Below are positions 61,601-64,000 of a stretch of DNA of 64,000 nucleotides, piece by piece. Location: the NCBI RefSeq assembly GCF_964204645.1, contig NC_134035.1:2108001-2172000 (forward strand), given 5' to 3'. The first letter of the stretch is position 1; every line of letters begins with the position of its first letter. Source of the DNA: Tubulanus polymorphus. Lineage: Eukaryota; Animalia; Nemertea. A model generated the notes under the pieces. The model saw only the letters and a program-made list of their open reading frames with translations, was not told the DNA's origin and made no database searches. The translations under genes and the position numbers were made by a program.

Positions 61601-64000
61601 ACATTGTAAGGATAGGGGATGAGGAACAAAAAGTTTCTGTTTCTAACTACGTGCATAATTCTTGAAATTGCATAAATTGGGTTATCAACAAAATTTTGCA
61701 TACATACAGCGCATAAATCTATATTTATTCGGTTTTCAGGAAGTATTTACGCGATGCCGAACGCATTGCTCTTTCTAAGTTAGCGCTGGACTGGTGTTTA
61801 TCGGCTCACGGCACTCGCGTTAAACAAATGAAACAAACATCCGGCTGCAATCCGCAAACATCTACTAGCGTCATGAATTCCGAGTCGCTGCACAAGTTCC
61901 TCATGGAAACGTATAAAATCTGGAGTATCGCCCTGAAGGGAAAACCAGGCGTCGTTAAAGTCAATTCTCTATTGATGAATGCGTTTAAACTCTGTAAACC
62001 GCATCTCGTGAGTATTATCTTAAAATCCTCTTTTTCGAATAGATCGGCTTAAAACTTACTTGTACGTCGTGGTTTTCATGTATTTGAATATTCATTGAGC
62101 AGGTTCCTACTGATGGAGATGTTCTGGAGGAAGCTATTCGTTATTGTCAGCAACAGGCTTCGATCAAACCCCAGGTCAGTACCTATACAAGGGTTTTGCA
62201 ATATTTTGAATCACTTAATCAACCACAAGCCGTCCTTAGAGAATGATTATATATTGATTGAAGCTTTCCAGCCTTTCTTACTGGGCCCTCAAGGTTGTGT
62301 TCATGTCCTAGCGTACATGTTCTCTATGAAAACTGCTCTAAATACAGTATATTTCTATGCCTTAATTCCTTAATTTTCACCGTCACTGCGCATTTATTTT
62401 GCACTGTGAAAGTGTGTCTTTTATACTTGTGTTTACTCATTTTAAGGCGACCACTGGCGACAAAGGACCGAAAACAAGCTCATCCACAGATGAAGATCCT
62501 TCGGTAATTTATAAGCTCGTTATACTTTTATCGATGGACCATTGAATCTGGTTTGCATTGAATAGAATTGAGATGAATTTAATGAAATTTCTCTGGCTTT
62601 GAGAAAACCATGGTTAGATCATCAGTACTATAAAGCCTAGCTCACAACAAGAATTTTGTGTTTATGCCCTTTGATGTTTAGTTCGCCTGCTATCGCAAAC
62701 ATTGAAACAAGAAACAACTGGAAACTATGTTTCCTCTTAGGAGTGATGCACTCGGTCATGAAACAAATGAGAAAAATGTTTCAGTTTCATATTATGTGCC
62801 CTTGGCTTAAGAACTTAGTGCCTGTCATGTCATTTCTTCCAAGAATCTTTTTGCTAACTTCAAAACTGATTTGAATACGTGTTATATTGTTATTTTGCTT
62901 TATTTCAGGAAAAGTTATCCGCAACACCAGACACGCACAATCCATCCTCATCGACTTCAATTACGAAGGCGTCGAAAGAACAGCTTCCGTTGCTACAACA
63001 GCAGCAGCAACAGCAACCACAAATAACGAAAACTAAACCAACCGTAAAAACTGTAGCTAAAGAAATTCCGGCAGCTTCGATTTTATCGACTTCTCTGCCA
63101 GCAAAATTTCCAGCCCAGGTGGTCCCTAAGGGCGGAACGAAACGTCCCGGTTCTCCACTAGTCAAACTTACGAAAAACGCTGACGGGTCTGAAAAACAAC
63201 GGAAAGTCGCCGGTAATCCGATCGTGTTTAATGCATTGGCGAATAAACCGCAGCAGCAGCAGCAGCAGCTACCGAACCAATCAAAGGTTGAGTCGTCTGC
63301 TGCAGCCGACAGATCGAATCGAATGTCAGAAAAGTCTCAGAAAATCGTCGAATCGATCATGAACCCGTTGTTGATGGAGAGCGCGACGACGACGAAGAAA
63401 CAACGACCGATGACGACCGAGGAGTTCATCAAGCTTTTAAGCGCGACGCAGACATCGACGGATGCCGAACCGCCGGCGTTGGTCGCGCTGCGCGAACGCG
63501 GTATCGTTGCATCGAAATCGCGGTCGGCGCCGAACGTTATACCGCAACGCAAGACGATAAGCCCTCAACAGCTGCAGCAACGTCGACTGCAGCTACAGCA
63601 ACAGCAGCAACAGCAGCAGCAACGTCAGCGGTTACTTTCGCAGAAAGTACAGAGTGGTAAAATGTGCGTTGTTAAAACGGCGGCCGGTCAACGTGTAGTG
63701 CAAGTAACGCCCGGTCAGCGCAGTTCGAATACGCCACCCGCTGGCGCGATCATTTCAAGTGGCGGTAAAACCGTCATCGCTCGGTCGTCCACGGGTAACG
63801 TTTCGACGAATCTCGCGAAGCAGCAGCAAGCTCACAGAAAATCATCACCGGTGGGAATAATTTCCACGTCGCCGCGATTTCCGCAGCAACAAACCGTCAA
63901 TAAGCAAACGGCGGGGGTATCGGTTAAAAATCGAAGCCCGGTCGCGTATCTACCGGTGTCCGGTATGAAGGCGCAATTAACCGCGCAGGGAATAAATGTT
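40653..64000 (+). CDS. CABIN1: Calcineurin-binding protein cabin-1 (HIRA/UBN1/CABIN1 histone H3.3 chaperone complex subunit), multi-exon, runs off the window end
   Basis: Spliced reading matches CABIN1 motifs: M|IRISALN..TKEVQ|[30 protein letters not shown]|[105 protein letters not shown]|[19 protein letters not shown] exons read by eye: 40653-40655, 41148-41243, 41736-41849, 42321-42572, 43021-43099, 43341-43470, 44087-44236, 44554-44903, 45082-45443, 45876-46041, 46505-46661, 47547-47624, 47952-47991, 48151-48233, 48429-48565, 48721-48791, 49258-49494, 49976-50062, 50403-50527, 51027-51197, 51592-51693, 51934-52141, 52588-52689, 53154-53296, 53593-53655, 53749-53860, 54186-54350, 55088-55297, 55690-55785, 55872-56011, 56342-56997, 57097-57305, 57641-60742, 60851-60961, 61281-61444, 61740-62007, 62103-62174, 62447-62503 (tentative), 62909->64000. 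Confidence 0.95.
42020..42219. mobile_element. piggyBac-like MITE in CABIN1 intron 3
   Basis: T(G)AA-CCCTTTTGCTGCGCAGGA ... TCATGAGCAGCAAAGGG-TTAA. Confidence 0.65.
44349..44440 (-). repeat. 21-bp tandem repeat x4 of a Pol III B box (GGGTTCGAATCCTGG), SINE-derived, intronic
   Basis: CCAGGATTC(G/A)AACCCATGGAC at 44349, 44370, 44391 and 44412. Confidence 0.85.
49512..49855. mobile_element. Tc1/mariner-like MITE, intronic
   Basis: TA|CAGTAGACTCC ... GGAGTTTACTG. The right flank is TT rather than TA. Confidence 0.5.
52754..53088. mobile_element. MITE with GGGAA-rich subterminal motifs, intronic
   Basis: CATGGTTCCCACAG ... CTGAGGGAACCATG. Confidence 0.7.
55414..55525. mobile_element. Short palindromic MITE, intronic
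   Basis: CCAGTTCAACAGTTGTGAGTT ... AACTCAGAACGGTGGAACTGG form imperfect inverted arms. Confidence 0.6.
57641..60742 (+). CDS. CABIN1: Giant (3102 nt) CABIN1 exon: E/D/S/K-rich disordered insert ending in the conserved [19 protein letters not shown] motif
   Basis: Corresponds to ORF 57650-60784. Acceptor catttcag at 57640, donor gtacta at 60743. The last ~40 codons match the conserved CABIN1 sequence. Confidence 0.88.
59830..60060 (+). repeat. 51-bp (17-aa) coding tandem repeat [17 protein letters not shown], about 4 copies
   Basis: GGACCTGTTGGA recurs at 51-nt spacing; units start at 59891, 59942 and 59993. Confidence 0.85.
62909..64000 (+). CDS. CABIN1: CABIN1 3' exon, Q/S/T-rich with poly-Q runs, open to the window end
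   Basis: Acceptor tatttcag at 62908. The frame [14 protein letters not shown]... contains CAG/CAA runs and I saw no stop before 64000. Confidence 0.75.

Overview
Eukaryotic genomic DNA from an invertebrate animal (lophotrochozoan-like, by inference), with GT-AG introns. The right third (40653 to beyond 64000) is a CABIN1 orthologue with at least 39 exons, carrying a very large acidic insert that includes a 3.1-kb exon. An intronless rhodopsin-type 7TM receptor lies at 25055-25990 (-). The rest is repeat-dense: a ~3.5-kb macrosatellite array (2.5-20.4 kb) with splice signals and a hairpin-rich block but no credible ORF, tail-to-tail Helitron-like ends, an LTR-like segment, tRNA-derived SINE heads, a 5'-truncated Penelope-like element, several MITEs, and a foldback-like DNA element apparently inserted into a copy of itself (27.9-38.6 kb). 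The strongest novelty candidates are an unassigned ~305-nt structured RNA head-to-head with CABIN1, the spliced and structured noncoding unit of the tandem array, and the self-nested element without a TSD. All pairings and alignments were done by eye.
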